This document shows positions 40,157 through 50,683 of a stretch of DNA of 57,004 nucleotides, piece by piece. The DNA lies in the IMG/VR virus record IMGVR_UViG_3300001605_000010, positions 62,001 through 119,004 of that record. The stretch is one strand, 5' to 3'. The notes beneath the pieces are model-generated. The model was not told the DNA's origin. It made no database searches and saw nothing but the letters and a program-made list of their open reading frames with translations. The translations under genes and the position numbers were made by a program. The stretch's first letter is position 1. Every line of letters starts with the position of its first letter. This DNA is from an uncultured virus (IMG/VR IMGVR_UViG_3300001605_000010) (taxonomy: Duplodnaviria > Heunggongvirae > Uroviricota > Caudoviricetes).

Positions 40157-40270
40157 ATGACTGTTTTAAATCGAGTTTGGAAATTCCTAGTAGACTGGGC
40201 CAGGACCATCGAAGAGTCACAGATGGAACGTGCCCGACATGCGATCCGTACCAGGAGTTGGATAGAATGA
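40157..40270 (+). CDS. 37-aa small protein
   Basis: GGAG RBS; MTVLNRVWKFLVDWARTIEESQMERARHAIRTRSWIE. Confidence 0.6.
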   Translation: MTVLNRVWKFLVDWARTIEESQMERARHAIRTRSWIE

Positions 40271-40392
40271 AGATCTGGCGTTGGATCGTGCAGGCTCTTG
40301 AAGGATTTGCCCGAGCCCGAGCAGCCGCAGAATTATCACGACAAGGCAACTACCAAGCCGCGAGGAACATATATCATGGACACACGGACTAG
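40267..40392 (+). CDS. 41-aa small amphipathic protein
   Basis: ATGA overlap; MKIWRWIVQALEGFARARAAAELSRQGNYQAAR. Confidence 0.6.
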   Translation: MKIWRWIVQALEGFARARAAAELSRQGNYQAARNIYHGHTD

Positions 40393-40525
40393 AGATCTCG
40401 AAGAATTGTTCAGCGACCCTGACTATGATCAGAGCCGACTGCAAGAATGGTTCCAGCATCAGTACGGTGAAAACTGGCGCTTGATGTGGAATCGCTATCT
40501 AGAAACCGGCAGGATCTTTACTTGA
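40376..40525 (+). CDS. 49-aa small protein
   Basis: GAGGA RBS; MDTRTRDLEELFSDPDY... Confidence 0.5.
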   Translation: MDTRTRDLEELFSDPDYDQSRLQEWFQHQYGENWRLMWNRYLETGRIFT

Positions 40526-40652
40526 AGAATCCTGCACCAGCCCTATTGGCAGCCTGGCAGGATTATCTGGTGTTTCAGTACTGTGTCTGGAGATATGGCA
40601 ACAGCTGGCGCTGGTATTACTTGAATTATACTTGCAATCGCGAACTCATCAT

Positions 40653-41096
40653 TTAATCGTAGATCCAGCCTAGCCCTTGTATTTTATGAATCCAGGTAAA
40701 AACTGGAACATCGAATGTCAGAGTCCAGATTCCAGGCCAACCGAGATAAGTGTGAGGACACAATTCAGGCGTCAGTACCAGGCCCTGATTTCTTTGTTCG
40801 GTTGCCCAGGGTTCCGGATATCGGGGTTGGTAAACCCCGGCCCAGGCAAATTTAGGATCCTGTATACCAAAAAAACTTACTTGCTCAATGATCACAGCTT
40901 CTTGATCTGTTTTGTTCACTAGCTCTATGTGTAATTTTCCTGCGCCATTGTGTAAGAATTCAAAATTCTTGACAGTGACTGAGTCTATGGATATTTCCTC
41001 AATCTTATCATTGATCCCGATTTTTATCGGTACCGGTCCGGTGTTGTGTACTGGTGAGAGTACCACTGTTAATTCAGTTGGATACATCGTAGCCAT
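40653..41096 (-). CDS. Hypothetical protein
   Basis: 147 aa; overlaps the end of the radical SAM gene. Confidence 0.65.
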   Translation of the reverse strand: MATMYPTELTVVLSPVHNTGPVPIKIGINDKIEEISIDSVTVKNFEFLHNGAGKLHIELVNKTDQEAVIIEQVSFFGIQDPKFAWAGVYQPRYPEPWATEQRNQGLVLTPELCPHTYLGWPGIWTLTFDVPVFTWIHKIQGLGWIYD

Positions 41097-42396
41097 AACG
41101 ATCTAGTATTTCTCGGAATTCGGGATATAGTTTTCTTGCATCATATCCATACACCCGATCCCATCTTTCACAGTGTCTTACCATGGCTTCTAACTGTGCC
41201 TCACTGTCCACGGGCGTTGGTGTCTGCAACACAGATAAACACATATTGGCTTGCTCTTTGACCACCAATCTATAATTATGTGGATCGCTTGCATTATAGT
41301 CTGACGCGGCCGTGGTATCTGTCAACTGCGATAACAGCCGTTGAAATGGTTCTCGATATTGTTTTTTGATGGATTCTGGCAGTATTTCAGCTGATAAAAA
41401 CCTAGGGAAATAACATAGGTTGCTTTTTACGATCATTTGATGCTTTAATGCATATTCCAGTACCCCACAATAATATCCCATGCTCAATAGACTAGGTGCT
41501 GGCCTGAGAGTCACAGTGATCGAAGATCCATTACACCATTGACGATACCGATCAATGTTGTCCAGCACCAAGGCAGTGTCAGTTCCCTGGCGTTGATATG
41601 CGTTGTGTTCATCCACGGTTTCAATGCTGATCTCAATACCAACCCTACGAAATCGTTTTAGTTTGTCCAACAATTCAGGACGAAAAACAGTGCCATTGGT
41701 AACAAAACTAAAGCACAGATCAAATCGTTGATGTTGGATCATGGTATCAACTAGATTTTCGAACCGGTCAGTGAGTAAAGTCTCCCCACCCATGAAATGT
41801 ATGTTATTGAGCTTGGGAATATCTAGGAGTTGTTGTTTAAAGTTGTTCCATACCGTCAAATCTCGTGTCCAATCAGTGCCGAGATATTTTTTGCTGCTTT
41901 TTATCCCCCACTTGACTTCTTGACTAGCAATGGTGCTACTTGCTTCAGGGTTGCACATTTTACAGGCTAGATTGCAAAAATTACCCAAATCAACATGTAA
42001 ATCAATGGGCATGTTATAGGTATGCCCATGGTTGTTGGCGCTATGAATAAATTCTTTGTGGCCTGGACTTTGTGTGAAACTTTTTTCAAATGCGGTACGG
42101 GTGAAAATCACACTCTTTTGATTGCTTTTTAGCCGACGGCTATTGCCCCCATGATCTTCTTCAACATAGCATCTACTACATTCACTCAGTCGCTGATCAC
42201 CTGAGATCTTGGTTCTAAATTTACGAGCTGGATCGCTGTTGAACCAATCTCGGATAGACATGGTTGCTATGTTGTATTGAGTGTCGGACTCTTTGTATAA
42301 CTTGTGATCTTCTTGGCAGCATATTCCCAAACTGCCATCCCAATAGACGTGCAGTTCATACCAAGGAGCATTACAAAATATATTTGGATCAGGCAT
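41074..42396 (-). CDS. Radical SAM protein with N-terminal twitch/SPASM-like cluster
   Basis: FCNAPW...ICC...[17 protein letters not shown] and VTNGT motifs. Confidence 0.9.
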   Translation of the reverse strand: MPDPNIFCNAPWYELHVYWDGSLGICCQEDHKLYKESDTQYNIATMSIRDWFNSDPARKFRTKISGDQRLSECSRCYVEEDHGGNSRRLKSNQKSVIFTRTAFEKSFTQSPGHKEFIHSANNHGHTYNMPIDLHVDLGNFCNLACKMCNPEASSTIASQEVKWGIKSSKKYLGTDWTRDLTVWNNFKQQLLDIPKLNNIHFMGGETLLTDRFENLVDTMIQHQRFDLCFSFVTNGTVFRPELLDKLKRFRRVGIEISIETVDEHNAYQRQGTDTALVLDNIDRYRQWCNGSSITVTLRPAPSLLSMGYYCGVLEYALKHQMIVKSNLCYFPRFLSAEILPESIKKQYREPFQRLLSQLTDTTAASDYNASDPHNYRLVVKEQANMCLSVLQTPTPVDSEAQLEAMVRHCERWDRVYGYDARKLYPEFREILDRYGYDVSN

Positions 42397-42979
42397 CGCG
42401 TTTTTCAATAACACGATCAGCCAACCCGTATTCAACACTCTGAGTGGCTGTCATGAAATTATCTCGCTCCATGTCTGCTTTTAACACATCAAATTCCCGA
42501 CCGGTGTGACGTACATAGATATTTGTGAGGACTTCTTTCCAGCGCAGCAGTTCACGTGCCTGGATCTCCACGTCAGTGGCCTGGCCTGATGCACCGCCCA
42601 AGGGTTGATGTATCATGTGTCGGGCATTGGGCAGGATACTACGATGTCCAGCAGCACCCGCAGAAGCCAGCAATGATCCCATGGAAGCTGCCTGACCCAT
42701 GACGATGGTATGCACCGGTGACCGGATGAATTGCATGGTGTCATAGATACTCATGCCTGCAGTGACTGATCCACCTGGTGAGTTGATGTAAAAATTGATG
42801 GCTTTGTCGGGATCTTCGCTTTCTAGAAACAACATCTGGGCCACGATCAAGCTGGCCGAATGTGAATTGACATCTGTGTCCAGCATGATGATGCGGTCCC
42901 GCAGGAGTCGGCTGTAAATGTCATAACTGCGTTCACCCTTGGATGTTTGCTCTAAAACAATGGGCACTAGATTGGGCAT
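42389..42979 (-). CDS. clpP: ATP-dependent Clp protease proteolytic subunit
   Basis: [25 protein letters not shown] (Ser), MIHQP (His) and ERDNFM (Asp). Confidence 0.95.
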   Translation of the reverse strand: MPNLVPIVLEQTSKGERSYDIYSRLLRDRIIMLDTDVNSHSASLIVAQMLFLESEDPDKAINFYINSPGGSVTAGMSIYDTMQFIRSPVHTIVMGQAASMGSLLASAGAAGHRSILPNARHMIHQPLGGASGQATDVEIQARELLRWKEVLTNIYVRHTGREFDVLKADMERDNFMTATQSVEYGLADRVIEKRDA

Positions 42980-43040
42980 GTATTCTCCTGTTTTATATAA
43001 GTATCACAGATAAGTATAGCACACACAGAAAACGATCGCA

Positions 43041-44603
43041 ATGAGAGAACTAATCAATCTAGTAGACAGTTTGGATGAGAGTCGGGGACTTTCGGCCCGG
43101 GAACCTGGTGAACAATACCAACGTACCGGCAGCAGCGATGAAGCCGACATCATCACTTTCCAGGGCCTGGATTTTTATCCCAAATCTGGCGCCTATGACA
43201 GCATGGAAAAAACTGATGGCAGTGTATGACAAACTTTCTGCCCAGTTGGATCCTCCCCCGGGAACCCGTGAACTCAACCCACTGGTCGCACTCGAGCGTT
43301 TGGCCTGGCCAAATTTGACACAGCCGTGGGCCCCAGATATCTAGTGAAGTTTGCCCAGGACATCAAGCCAGTGCGCACTGCCAATACTTTCTGGCAGACC
43401 AAAGACATACCCGGAGATTTTTCCCAGGTTTCTTCTCGTGGAGCCAAGGAAAAAGTAGGATACAAACCCAGCGATGTGCTGACACAATTCAAAAGCCAAA
43501 CACCTGAATCGATCTATCAACAGATCGTAGCCAAGTTTGGCGAAGACAGTCCCTTGACTCGTGCCACTGACATATTCATGGCCGCTGATAGTTTTCCCAT
43601 AATCATTCCCGGTGAAGGCATAGATTTCACCGGATTCCGTGACTACTTCTGCGAGATGTTGCAACCTATCGCCCTGATCAAAGGCATGCCTGTGTCGGGC
43701 AATGCCGGAAAAGCCGCTGAGATATTCTTGGGTGGCGACTACAGCGATTGTGTGGTGTCTTTTAACGAAGGTGTGAGCGGAGCTCTCTATGACAGTCTCA
43801 TGGTTGCACCCAACGGTAAGCAGATCAAGCTCAGTTCCAAAGGCGCCAAGGGTGCCATGGCTTCTGTAATCAATCTTTTAAAATCTGCCAGAGAGTTGCA
43901 GGAAGCCGGGATGAGTGACATCGTCACTCAGTACGAAGACGTGATCGACATACTAGAAATCATCAACCGCGGTGACCACAACTCGGGACCTTTGGAATTG
44001 GCCGTGAAGTTTGGCATAATCAACAGCAATGATGTGCCGAAAATAATGAGCTTGGCCCAATATGGTGCTGCCAAGAGATTCGATATCACCCAGGTACCAG
44101 GTATCACAAAAAATCTCGTGAAGATCTACAACGATCGCACCGCAGATGATCCCAGCAAGATAGTGCCACTCAATCACATGATAGCCAGCATCGCTTACAA
44201 AGTAGCGGACTATGTGAATCTCAACACTGATTTTTCGGATGCTGCCGCGGACATACTCAACAATTCAGCTTTTGTACAGATGTACACCGAAGCCGGCAAA
44301 AAAGGCACAGACATCATACTCAAAGGTTTCCGCACTGTGTGGCCCAGCAAGCTGTTTACTCAAGTCACACTGGAAGCACAAAAGAGCTATAGCTCTACCA
44401 CCAGCTCATCGGGAAAAATGGTTTTCAACATCAACAAAGATCCCAAATCCGTTCCCAACGTGGACCACAGCAGTGGTGGTGCACCGGGCACTGATGCTAA
44501 CATAGCTGATTATGTGCCTACTAGAACTGATATCAGAGCCGCTGATACGAAACTGTCGCAGCCGGCAGACGATGCAGCACTGGGTAGAAAACGTAGGAAA
44601 TAA
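43041..44603 (+). CDS. Large hypothetical late protein, split by about two apparent frameshifts near 43210-43330
   Basis: Consecutive overlapping ORFs (43041, 43075, 43326) on the plus strand after TAAGTA at 43011-43016. Confidence 0.55.
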
Positions 44604-45188
44604 TCAAGAGTTGAGATTGGCCACGTGATCACAGATGTGATATTCTAGTGCTTCTTCGGCTGATAGATAAACATCTTGCGGAGGCAGCAGTACTTTCCGA
44701 ATCACATCATCATCCAAGCCAGTACTGAGCCTGTAATGATCCACCATTCTTTTCTGGGTGAGTTCAAATTCTTTCACAGTGGCAAACAGCTCGTGCGCTT
44801 TGCCTTCTGATTCCCAGCTAAATTGATGACTCAAGATCGAAGTATTGGGCGTGAGTATCCTGCGTCCCCGGGACCCGGCCAAGAATATCAGAAGGCCACA
44901 GGAAGCGATACTACCTAGACCCACGGTTTTGATGGGTATCTTACTGCTTTTCATCACGTCAATCAAGGCAAACGCTTCTTCGATGCTGCCACCATTTGAA
45001 CAGATCATCAGCAGGAGTTCTTTGAGTTTTTTCTTTTTCACATGATTTTCGTGCAAGATCCACTCTATGATGGGGCGTATACTTTCGTTATCTACTGCGT
45101 CCATGAGTACGTACATACCATGGTCGTTCAGGGCTTGGCTGGGAGAATCGTAGGAAATAGCGTCTTTTTCTGTGGGCATAGCAGGCAC
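44604..45188 (-). CDS. Divergent ClpP-like protease
   Basis: ICSNGG, GSIASCG (Ser), LSHQF (His), DVYLSAEEALEY. Confidence 0.85.
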   Translation of the reverse strand: MPAMPTEKDAISYDSPSQALNDHGMYVLMDAVDNESIRPIIEWILHENHVKKKKLKELLLMICSNGGSIEEAFALIDVMKSSKIPIKTVGLGSIASCGLLIFLAGSRGRRILTPNTSILSHQFSWESEGKAHELFATVKEFELTQKRMVDHYRLSTGLDDDVIRKVLLPPQDVYLSAEEALEYHICDHVANLNS

Positions 45189-45264
45189 GATAGTGGTATC
45201 CTTGGTATAAACAACTATTTTAGCACATACACCAAAATACCGCTTTACTTATGAACAGGTTGCT

Positions 45265-46335
45265 CTATCTATTTTGTTTGCTGATGTTCGATTGTTTCCA
45301 ATCTTCTATCCATTTTTGCCATTTTGGTAGATCCCTGGAATGATTGTGATTCCAGGATCGGAAAACGTCTAGATTTTTTTGGAATCTAGCATGGTTTTGA
45401 TCAAACATAGTCTGGAGATCGGGTCCAGAAAAAGTGTCACACAATCTCAGGATTTCATCGGTTACTTTCAAGATCCTTTTTTCCGGATCTGGTTCCAGAT
45501 CATACCCATGATCAATCAAGTCATCAAATGCGTCAAACCCCAGGTCCCGATAGCACTGCACAGTACCAAATGGCGCCAGCCACACAGGTAATTGACCTAA
45601 CAAAATACTATTAAATGTTTTTTCAGTCAGCCCCGGGAGATGATGTGTTTCTGGTTTGCCCAAATCAGGCCTGGCATCAAAACTACTTTCCGTGATTATA
45701 TTGATCAATGCCCCTTGCAAAGCCGGAACAGCTATTTGATCTCCTTGATCCCATGTCACAGATACACGAGATGCACGATCCAGGATCATGGGGAATCTAG
45801 ATCTATATCGTAGTGGTATCTCCCGATTTACCGGCGAAAGATAGCTGATTTTTCCATATGCATCAACGCCACGATCCAGCAAAGTCAAAACTAATCTTAA
45901 TCTTTGCCAACGATGTTGGGAGTTGAGACACACAAAATGGTGTTGGATGACTCTTTGAGAAATGCTGATGAGATCCGGATATTCGTGCAATGTATTGCTG
46001 ACATAATCTACAATGCTACCCACGTGTGCTATGGGACAATCAGGTATCCAAAGGCAGCTGGATCGTAAACAGATACTGTCCAGGGATATGTTGGCCCTGG
46101 ATTGCAAGTCTGGAATCAGTCGGTCGAACCAGACATGGCTGGCTGGTTCATGAGTATTGATTATAACAAACCGATGAGATCCGGTATCAGATGCGATAGC
46201 ATCAATATCTATTTCCTGTCCATTGAGAGGATCCAGTAGATGGATGGATGATCCCGTGGGCCATGATAATTCCTGTAGTACTGAAAGTACTCCATGTGGT
46301 GGAGTGTTGAATCCTTGTAAATGAATAGTAGCCAA
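45265..46335 (-). CDS. Hypothetical protein, possible glycosyltransferase-like fold
   Basis: FVCLN...R, INIITES, LTEKT and LGFDAFDDLIDHGYD motifs. Confidence 0.5.
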   Translation of the reverse strand: MATIHLQGFNTPPHGVLSVLQELSWPTGSSIHLLDPLNGQEIDIDAIASDTGSHRFVIINTHEPASHVWFDRLIPDLQSRANISLDSICLRSSCLWIPDCPIAHVGSIVDYVSNTLHEYPDLISISQRVIQHHFVCLNSQHRWQRLRLVLTLLDRGVDAYGKISYLSPVNREIPLRYRSRFPMILDRASRVSVTWDQGDQIAVPALQGALINIITESSFDARPDLGKPETHHLPGLTEKTFNSILLGQLPVWLAPFGTVQCYRDLGFDAFDDLIDHGYDLEPDPEKRILKVTDEILRLCDTFSGPDLQTMFDQNHARFQKNLDVFRSWNHNHSRDLPKWQKWIEDWKQSNISKQNR

Positions 46336-46372
46336 AATAAAACCCTGTGCTGATATTTACAGCACAGGGTTT
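46334..46372 (-). terminator. Terminator hairpin with TAAATA in its loop
   Basis: AAACCCTGTGCTG-TAAATAT-CAGCACAGGGTTT-TATTTT on the minus strand. Confidence 0.7.
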
Positions 46373-46386
46373 AGGTACATATATTT

Positions 46387-46620
46387 TTAGATCTGGATGG
46401 CTTTTTTCACTGCTTCACCAAATGCCTTGGCAGCATCGGCCTGGGCCTTGATAAAAGCAAAATTAGCAGCAGACACAGTTTCAACCATGCTGCGAGCTTT
46501 TTTGTCAGTGATGAGATCCAAGGCCTTGGCGTTGGCTTCTTTCATCTGAGTGATTGCTGCATCTACATCAAACATCTTGGCTACATCAAATTTTGAAAAG
46601 TCGATTTTGGTAAAGTCCAT
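46387..46620 (-). CDS. Phasin-like small amphipathic protein (putative)
   Basis: 77-aa Ala/Lys-rich helical protein (DFSKFDVAKMFDVDAA...) with a PhaR-like palindrome upstream. Confidence 0.5.
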   Translation of the reverse strand: MDFTKIDFSKFDVAKMFDVDAAITQMKEANAKALDLITDKKARSMVETVSAANFAFIKAQADAAKAFGEAVKKAIQI

Positions 46621-46704
46621 TTTGGTTTCCTTTAAAGTTAAGCGAACCTGAGAGTTACAAGACCCGCCCCATGCGGCATCTTATGTTTCTATTGTACTAT
46701 AATT

Positions 46705-46723
46705 TATGTTGCGATGCAACATA
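46705..46723. promoter_or_regulatory. PhaR-like palindromic operator
   Basis: TATGTTGC-GAT-GCAACATA, with perfect 8-bp arms. Confidence 0.6.
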
Positions 46724-46831
46724 TAATCTACGCACATAACTCCAGATCTAGCGTTTTTGGCTAAATTGATTGGTAAATAAAAGTGCGGATCGCGATGCGC
46801 TAACATCCACCCGCTCTAACATGAAAGGACC

Positions 46832-47473
46832 ATGTCAGCAATGAATACTTATTACGTCTACGCCTACCTCAGAGAGGATGGCTCTCCCTATTATATCGGC
46901 AAAGGCACAGGATTGCGAGCCATGCGGCATTGTCGTAATGATGCAGTTCACCCTCCCGCAGACCGATCACGCATAGTCTATCTCGAAACCAACCTTACCA
47001 ATGTCGGGGCATTAGCGATTGAACGCAGGATGATACGTTGGTATGGTCGCATAGATAATGGTACCGGAATACTCAGAAATCAAACCGACGGAGGAGATGG
47101 TAGATCTGGACATAAAGGAATCAAAAATAAAGGTTGGTCAGATGAAGCCAAGGCAAAAAGAAAAGGTGCTGGTAATCCTATGTTTGGTAAAACTGGTGCT
47201 CTACATCATAATTTTGGCAAAGACATCTTCACCGATGAAGTAAAGAAACGTATTGCGGAGAAGAATCGTGTTCCAAAACCTTGGGTGAGCGAGGCACTAA
47301 GACGCAGAGGTGGTGGTCCTATGCATCCTTTGTATGGAAGAACGCCATCTAATAAAGGTAAGAAAGTACCCAGGTATCAATGTGCAAATTGTGGAAGATG
47401 GATGGGTCTTGGTAATCTAAATCGCTGGCATGGAGCCAGATGTAGATCGACGAACCTTGACGTTCCGGGCTAA
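46832..47473 (+). mobile_element. Free-standing GIY-YIG-like homing endonuclease with NUMOD3-type repeats
   Basis: [19 protein letters not shown]...[10 protein letters not shown]...[25 protein letters not shown] and HPLYGR repeats; C-terminal CxxC...H...C. Confidence 0.8.
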
Positions 47474-48157
47474 TCCTAATCTTTCCAACTGACGGATATA
47501 AAAATATCCGATATCAAATTCAAACCATCGTTCACTGAGTTTGGCGCTGGCTGGTTGGCTATGATGCGAATTGTGCAGCTCTTCGCCGCCGATTATTATA
47601 CCCCAGGGAAATATATTCCTAGAACAATCTTGGGTATCGGTATTGCGATATCCCCACCAGTGTCCTACACCGTTTACAACCCCGGCTGCCCAGAAGGGTA
47701 TCCAGGCCATCTGTATCAACCACATCACTAGACCCCATCCATGGAACAGTGCGACCTCCACGATCAACAACAGCAGGAATCCCCACTTGTTATATCGAGT
47801 ATAGACGTTGCGTTCCATCCAGTCATCGGGTGTACCACGCCCGTATTGCTCGATCATGTCGCGATCTTGAGTGGCCGATGCATACAGGAATGCACCACCC
47901 AACAGCACGGTCCAGAAACCGTAGACCTGTGGCGAGTGCGGATCTCCGGGTTCTTCGCATTTCTGATGATGCTTGCGATGCACAGCCACCCACTCTTTTG
48001 TGATCATGCCTGTTGTGAGCCATAACCAAAAGCGCATGAAATGACTCACTGCTGGATGCAGTTCCAGAGCCAAATGAGTCTGGCAACGATGCAGATAAAC
48101 TGTGACACAAACTATAGTGATGTGTGTCATCACCAAAACTACGATTAACTCAATCAT
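47417..48157 (-). CDS. desA: Delta-9-like membrane fatty acid desaturase
   Basis: His boxes HRCQTH, HRKHH and [22 protein letters not shown]. Confidence 0.9.
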   Translation of the reverse strand: MIELIVVLVMTHITIVCVTVYLHRCQTHLALELHPAVSHFMRFWLWLTTGMITKEWVAVHRKHHQKCEEPGDPHSPQVYGFWTVLLGGAFLYASATQDRDMIEQYGRGTPDDWMERNVYTRYNKWGFLLLLIVEVALFHGWGLVMWLIQMAWIPFWAAGVVNGVGHWWGYRNTDTQDCSRNIFPWGIIIGGEELHNSHHSQPASAKLSERWFEFDIGYFYIRQLERLGLARNVKVRRSTSGSMPAI

Positions 48158-48773
48158 TGATTTTTCCTTTTATCCAAAATCCCAACCTATCACCCGCAGG
48201 GCTGTGATACCAGCTCCATCCCTCAGGACGCTGGATACAACACAGAGGTTCGTCTCGCCATACAGGTATGATCTCATCTGAATCGTGATTGCGAAAATCA
48301 TCGTTGTAGCGGAGATGCACTTCGATCACACGATCGCCTATGTATTCGACGTTGATCCATTCCTGATGCTGTGACAATCCATGCAGCATCGGGGGAAGAG
48401 GAACGTGCTGATCTAGTTTGGTCCAGCGTGAAAATCGATCCAATCTCTCAGGATCATCTCGCCAGCCCTGTACTGTGAGCTCGGGTTTGCCCCAGTGGTA
48501 ATCCACTGAGAGATGTGGTCCTGTCAAGACTTCGCTCCAGAAATACCCATCGGGCACGAGATCTTCATCCCCAGATCGGAGATACATTTTCCGTGCACCA
48601 CGCCCCATCATCCTTATATTAGTTATGGGTCGCACCACATACCATCCCTCGGCGGGTACTGGGATACCTGCTGGTGCGGCCAGGATTTTTTGCTGGCGAG
48701 CCACTATGACCTTGTCATAGATCCATAACCAAGACACTGGACAGGATCCCCAGGTCCCAGCATCGTCCGTCAT
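48150..48773 (-). CDS. Hypothetical protein (ATP-grasp-like)
   Basis: YVVRPITN..MGRGA...HLSVDY...INVEYIG..VIEVHLR. Confidence 0.55.
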   Translation of the reverse strand: MTDDAGTWGSCPVSWLWIYDKVIVARQQKILAAPAGIPVPAEGWYVVRPITNIRMMGRGARKMYLRSGDEDLVPDGYFWSEVLTGPHLSVDYHWGKPELTVQGWRDDPERLDRFSRWTKLDQHVPLPPMLHGLSQHQEWINVEYIGDRVIEVHLRYNDDFRNHDSDEIIPVWRDEPLCCIQRPEGWSWYHSPAGDRLGFWIKGKIND

Positions 48774-48850
48774 TTCCAGAAGTTGTCCCATATTCCCCAG
48801 GCCAGTCCTGTGACGATTAGTCCCACTGCGCTCCAGAGCCACCAGGTCAT
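48770..48850 (-). CDS. 26-aa membrane peptide
   Basis: MTWWLWSAVGLIVTGLAWGIWDNFWK; fills the gap and has an ATGA overlap. Confidence 0.4.
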   Translation of the reverse strand: MTWWLWSAVGLIVTGLAWGIWDNFWK

Positions 48851-48851
48851 T

Positions 48852-49490
48852 TTATACGCCTGCAGCAAGGACGATCTTGCAGATGTGCTCAAGGCGTTCG
48901 ATGTGCTCAAACGCACGCCACGGTGAAGTGTCTATGGATACCACGCCGTGACCTTTGATACCCACTATATCATACTGGATATATCCGTGTTTGTCAAGCC
49001 CCAGATTGTGATGACAAGCATCGGCTAGTTCTTGGCTTATGGGAGGTACATCCGGTACATTGGCAGCTACTCGTGTATATCTTCCCAGTTCAGGAAAATT
49101 CTTGACAAGATCTGCTAGTTCGATACCACGATGCATGGCAGCTACACAGTAAGTGGGATGGAAATGCATCACCACTCTGACATCATTTTCGTGTTGACCC
49201 AGTTGTTGTTGCAGGCCAAAATGCAAAGGAAGTTCACCGGAAGGCTGCAGCTCTTGACTGATACGAGTGTATTCCAGGATCTCTGGTCGATATCGATCCA
49301 ATCCAGATGTTTGTATACCTATCTTTTTGAACTGATCGGGTTGAAGAGTTTGCTTTCGCACACCCGACGGTGTGATATAAAAATGATCTCGATCATGATG
49401 ACGTATCGAAACGTTACCATCACGACTGGTGATCCAGTTCCTCTGATAGGCTTCTATCATGGTATCACATATGGTTTCTAACATAGTCAT
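48852..49490 (-). CDS. Class II aldolase/adducin family protein
   Basis: DGNVS, ITPSG, PSGELPLH, HFHP and GHGV motifs. Confidence 0.88.
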   Translation of the reverse strand: MTMLETICDTMIEAYQRNWITSRDGNVSIRHHDRDHFYITPSGVRKQTLQPDQFKKIGIQTSGLDRYRPEILEYTRISQELQPSGELPLHFGLQQQLGQHENDVRVVMHFHPTYCVAAMHRGIELADLVKNFPELGRYTRVAANVPDVPPISQELADACHHNLGLDKHGYIQYDIVGIKGHGVVSIDTSPWRAFEHIERLEHICKIVLAAGV

Positions 49491-49495
49491 TCACC

Positions 49496-50680
49496 TTATA
49501 TTAATTTTGAGACTTTTTCTGCAGTAACTGGACCTAGTGTCCAACCCAGGTGCCCGTGCCCTGTGTTATAAAACACTCTTGCATCTTTTTTGCTCACACG
49601 TACTATGGGCATCATATCAGGAGTCATGGGACGCAAACATGCCCAGGAAGTGTAGTTGTGTGTGTTGATTTTTGGAAAGTTTTCATGCACCCAGTCCAAC
49701 AATGGTTGGATACGATCTCGTCGTATGTCATAGTTTTCTCCGGCCAGCTCAGCAGTTCCAGCCACGCGGAATCTGTTGCCCAGGGTGGAAGTCACTATCT
49801 TGGCCTGATCATCCAAGAGACTCACTCGGGGCAAATGTTCGGAATCAACATCATTAATGGTTATGCTGTAGCCTTTGACCGGGTATATAGGCAAACGATC
49901 ACCAATGGTTGACGCCAACCGACGACTGCCCACTCCATTGGCGACTACCACAGCATCGTATGATGCCAACAATGTCTGCAAAGAATGCACCTGGCTGCCA
50001 AAAGAAAACTCAACTTGATATCGAGTTTTCAAAATATCGGTCATCGCAATACAAAACTTATGGATATCACCGGTCCAATCATCCTGTGTCCATGTGCCGC
50101 CTATGATGCCCGGTATCTGACTCAGACTGGATTCGAGCTCTGATACTGCTTTTGCGGACAAGATGTCCCATTGACAGCCGTTGGCATTGTATATCTCCTT
50201 GGCCGCTCGAGCACGCATGAAATAATCATGATCTTTATAGAAATGCAAGATACCACAATCACTGCGATCAAATGCCTGATAGTCCATGGATTCTTCGCGA
50301 CAGATATCATTATAAAGAGCCCTGCTGCGGATGCCCATGCGTATGGTTTCACTGGTGTTGCGGCCATAGTCTCCGCAGGCAGTGTGCATCAGGAATTTCA
50401 ACATCCAGGCCCACTGTGCTGGATCCAGTCTGGGACGGATCAGTAAGGGAGCGTCTTTGGTCATCATCCATCGGATGCCCTTGTTCACATTGGCCCAGGT
50501 GTTCCAGGTTTCACTGTTGCTGACTGAAACCTGACCACCATTGGCATAGCTGGTGCGCATGGCCGGATGTCGTTCCTGTTCAAACACTTGTACTTTGTGT
50601 CCGGCACGAGCAAGGTAATAGGCAGTGGTGACACCAACAATACCTGCACCAACCACTGCTATGTTTTTCTTTTTGAGCAT
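49496..50680 (-). CDS. dadA: D-amino acid dehydrogenase (FAD-dependent)
   Basis: VVGAGIVG, TSYANGGQ, YPVKGYS, RVAGTAE, LRPMTPD and NTGHGHLGWT motifs. Confidence 0.9.
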   Translation of the reverse strand: MLKKKNIAVVGAGIVGVTTAYYLARAGHKVQVFEQERHPAMRTSYANGGQVSVSNSETWNTWANVNKGIRWMMTKDAPLLIRPRLDPAQWAWMLKFLMHTACGDYGRNTSETIRMGIRSRALYNDICREESMDYQAFDRSDCGILHFYKDHDYFMRARAAKEIYNANGCQWDILSAKAVSELESSLSQIPGIIGGTWTQDDWTGDIHKFCIAMTDILKTRYQVEFSFGSQVHSLQTLLASYDAVVVANGVGSRRLASTIGDRLPIYPVKGYSITINDVDSEHLPRVSLLDDQAKIVTSTLGNRFRVAGTAELAGENYDIRRDRIQPLLDWVHENFPKINTHNYTSWACLRPMTPDMMPIVRVSKKDARVFYNTGHGHLGWTLGPVTAEKVSKLI

Positions 50681-50683
50681 GAT

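Noticed and set aside
43041..43344. Recoding or pseudogenisation of the large plus-strand gene
   Set aside because: Two close frameshifts near homopolymer runs with an intact 425-aa remainder suggest sequencing error.
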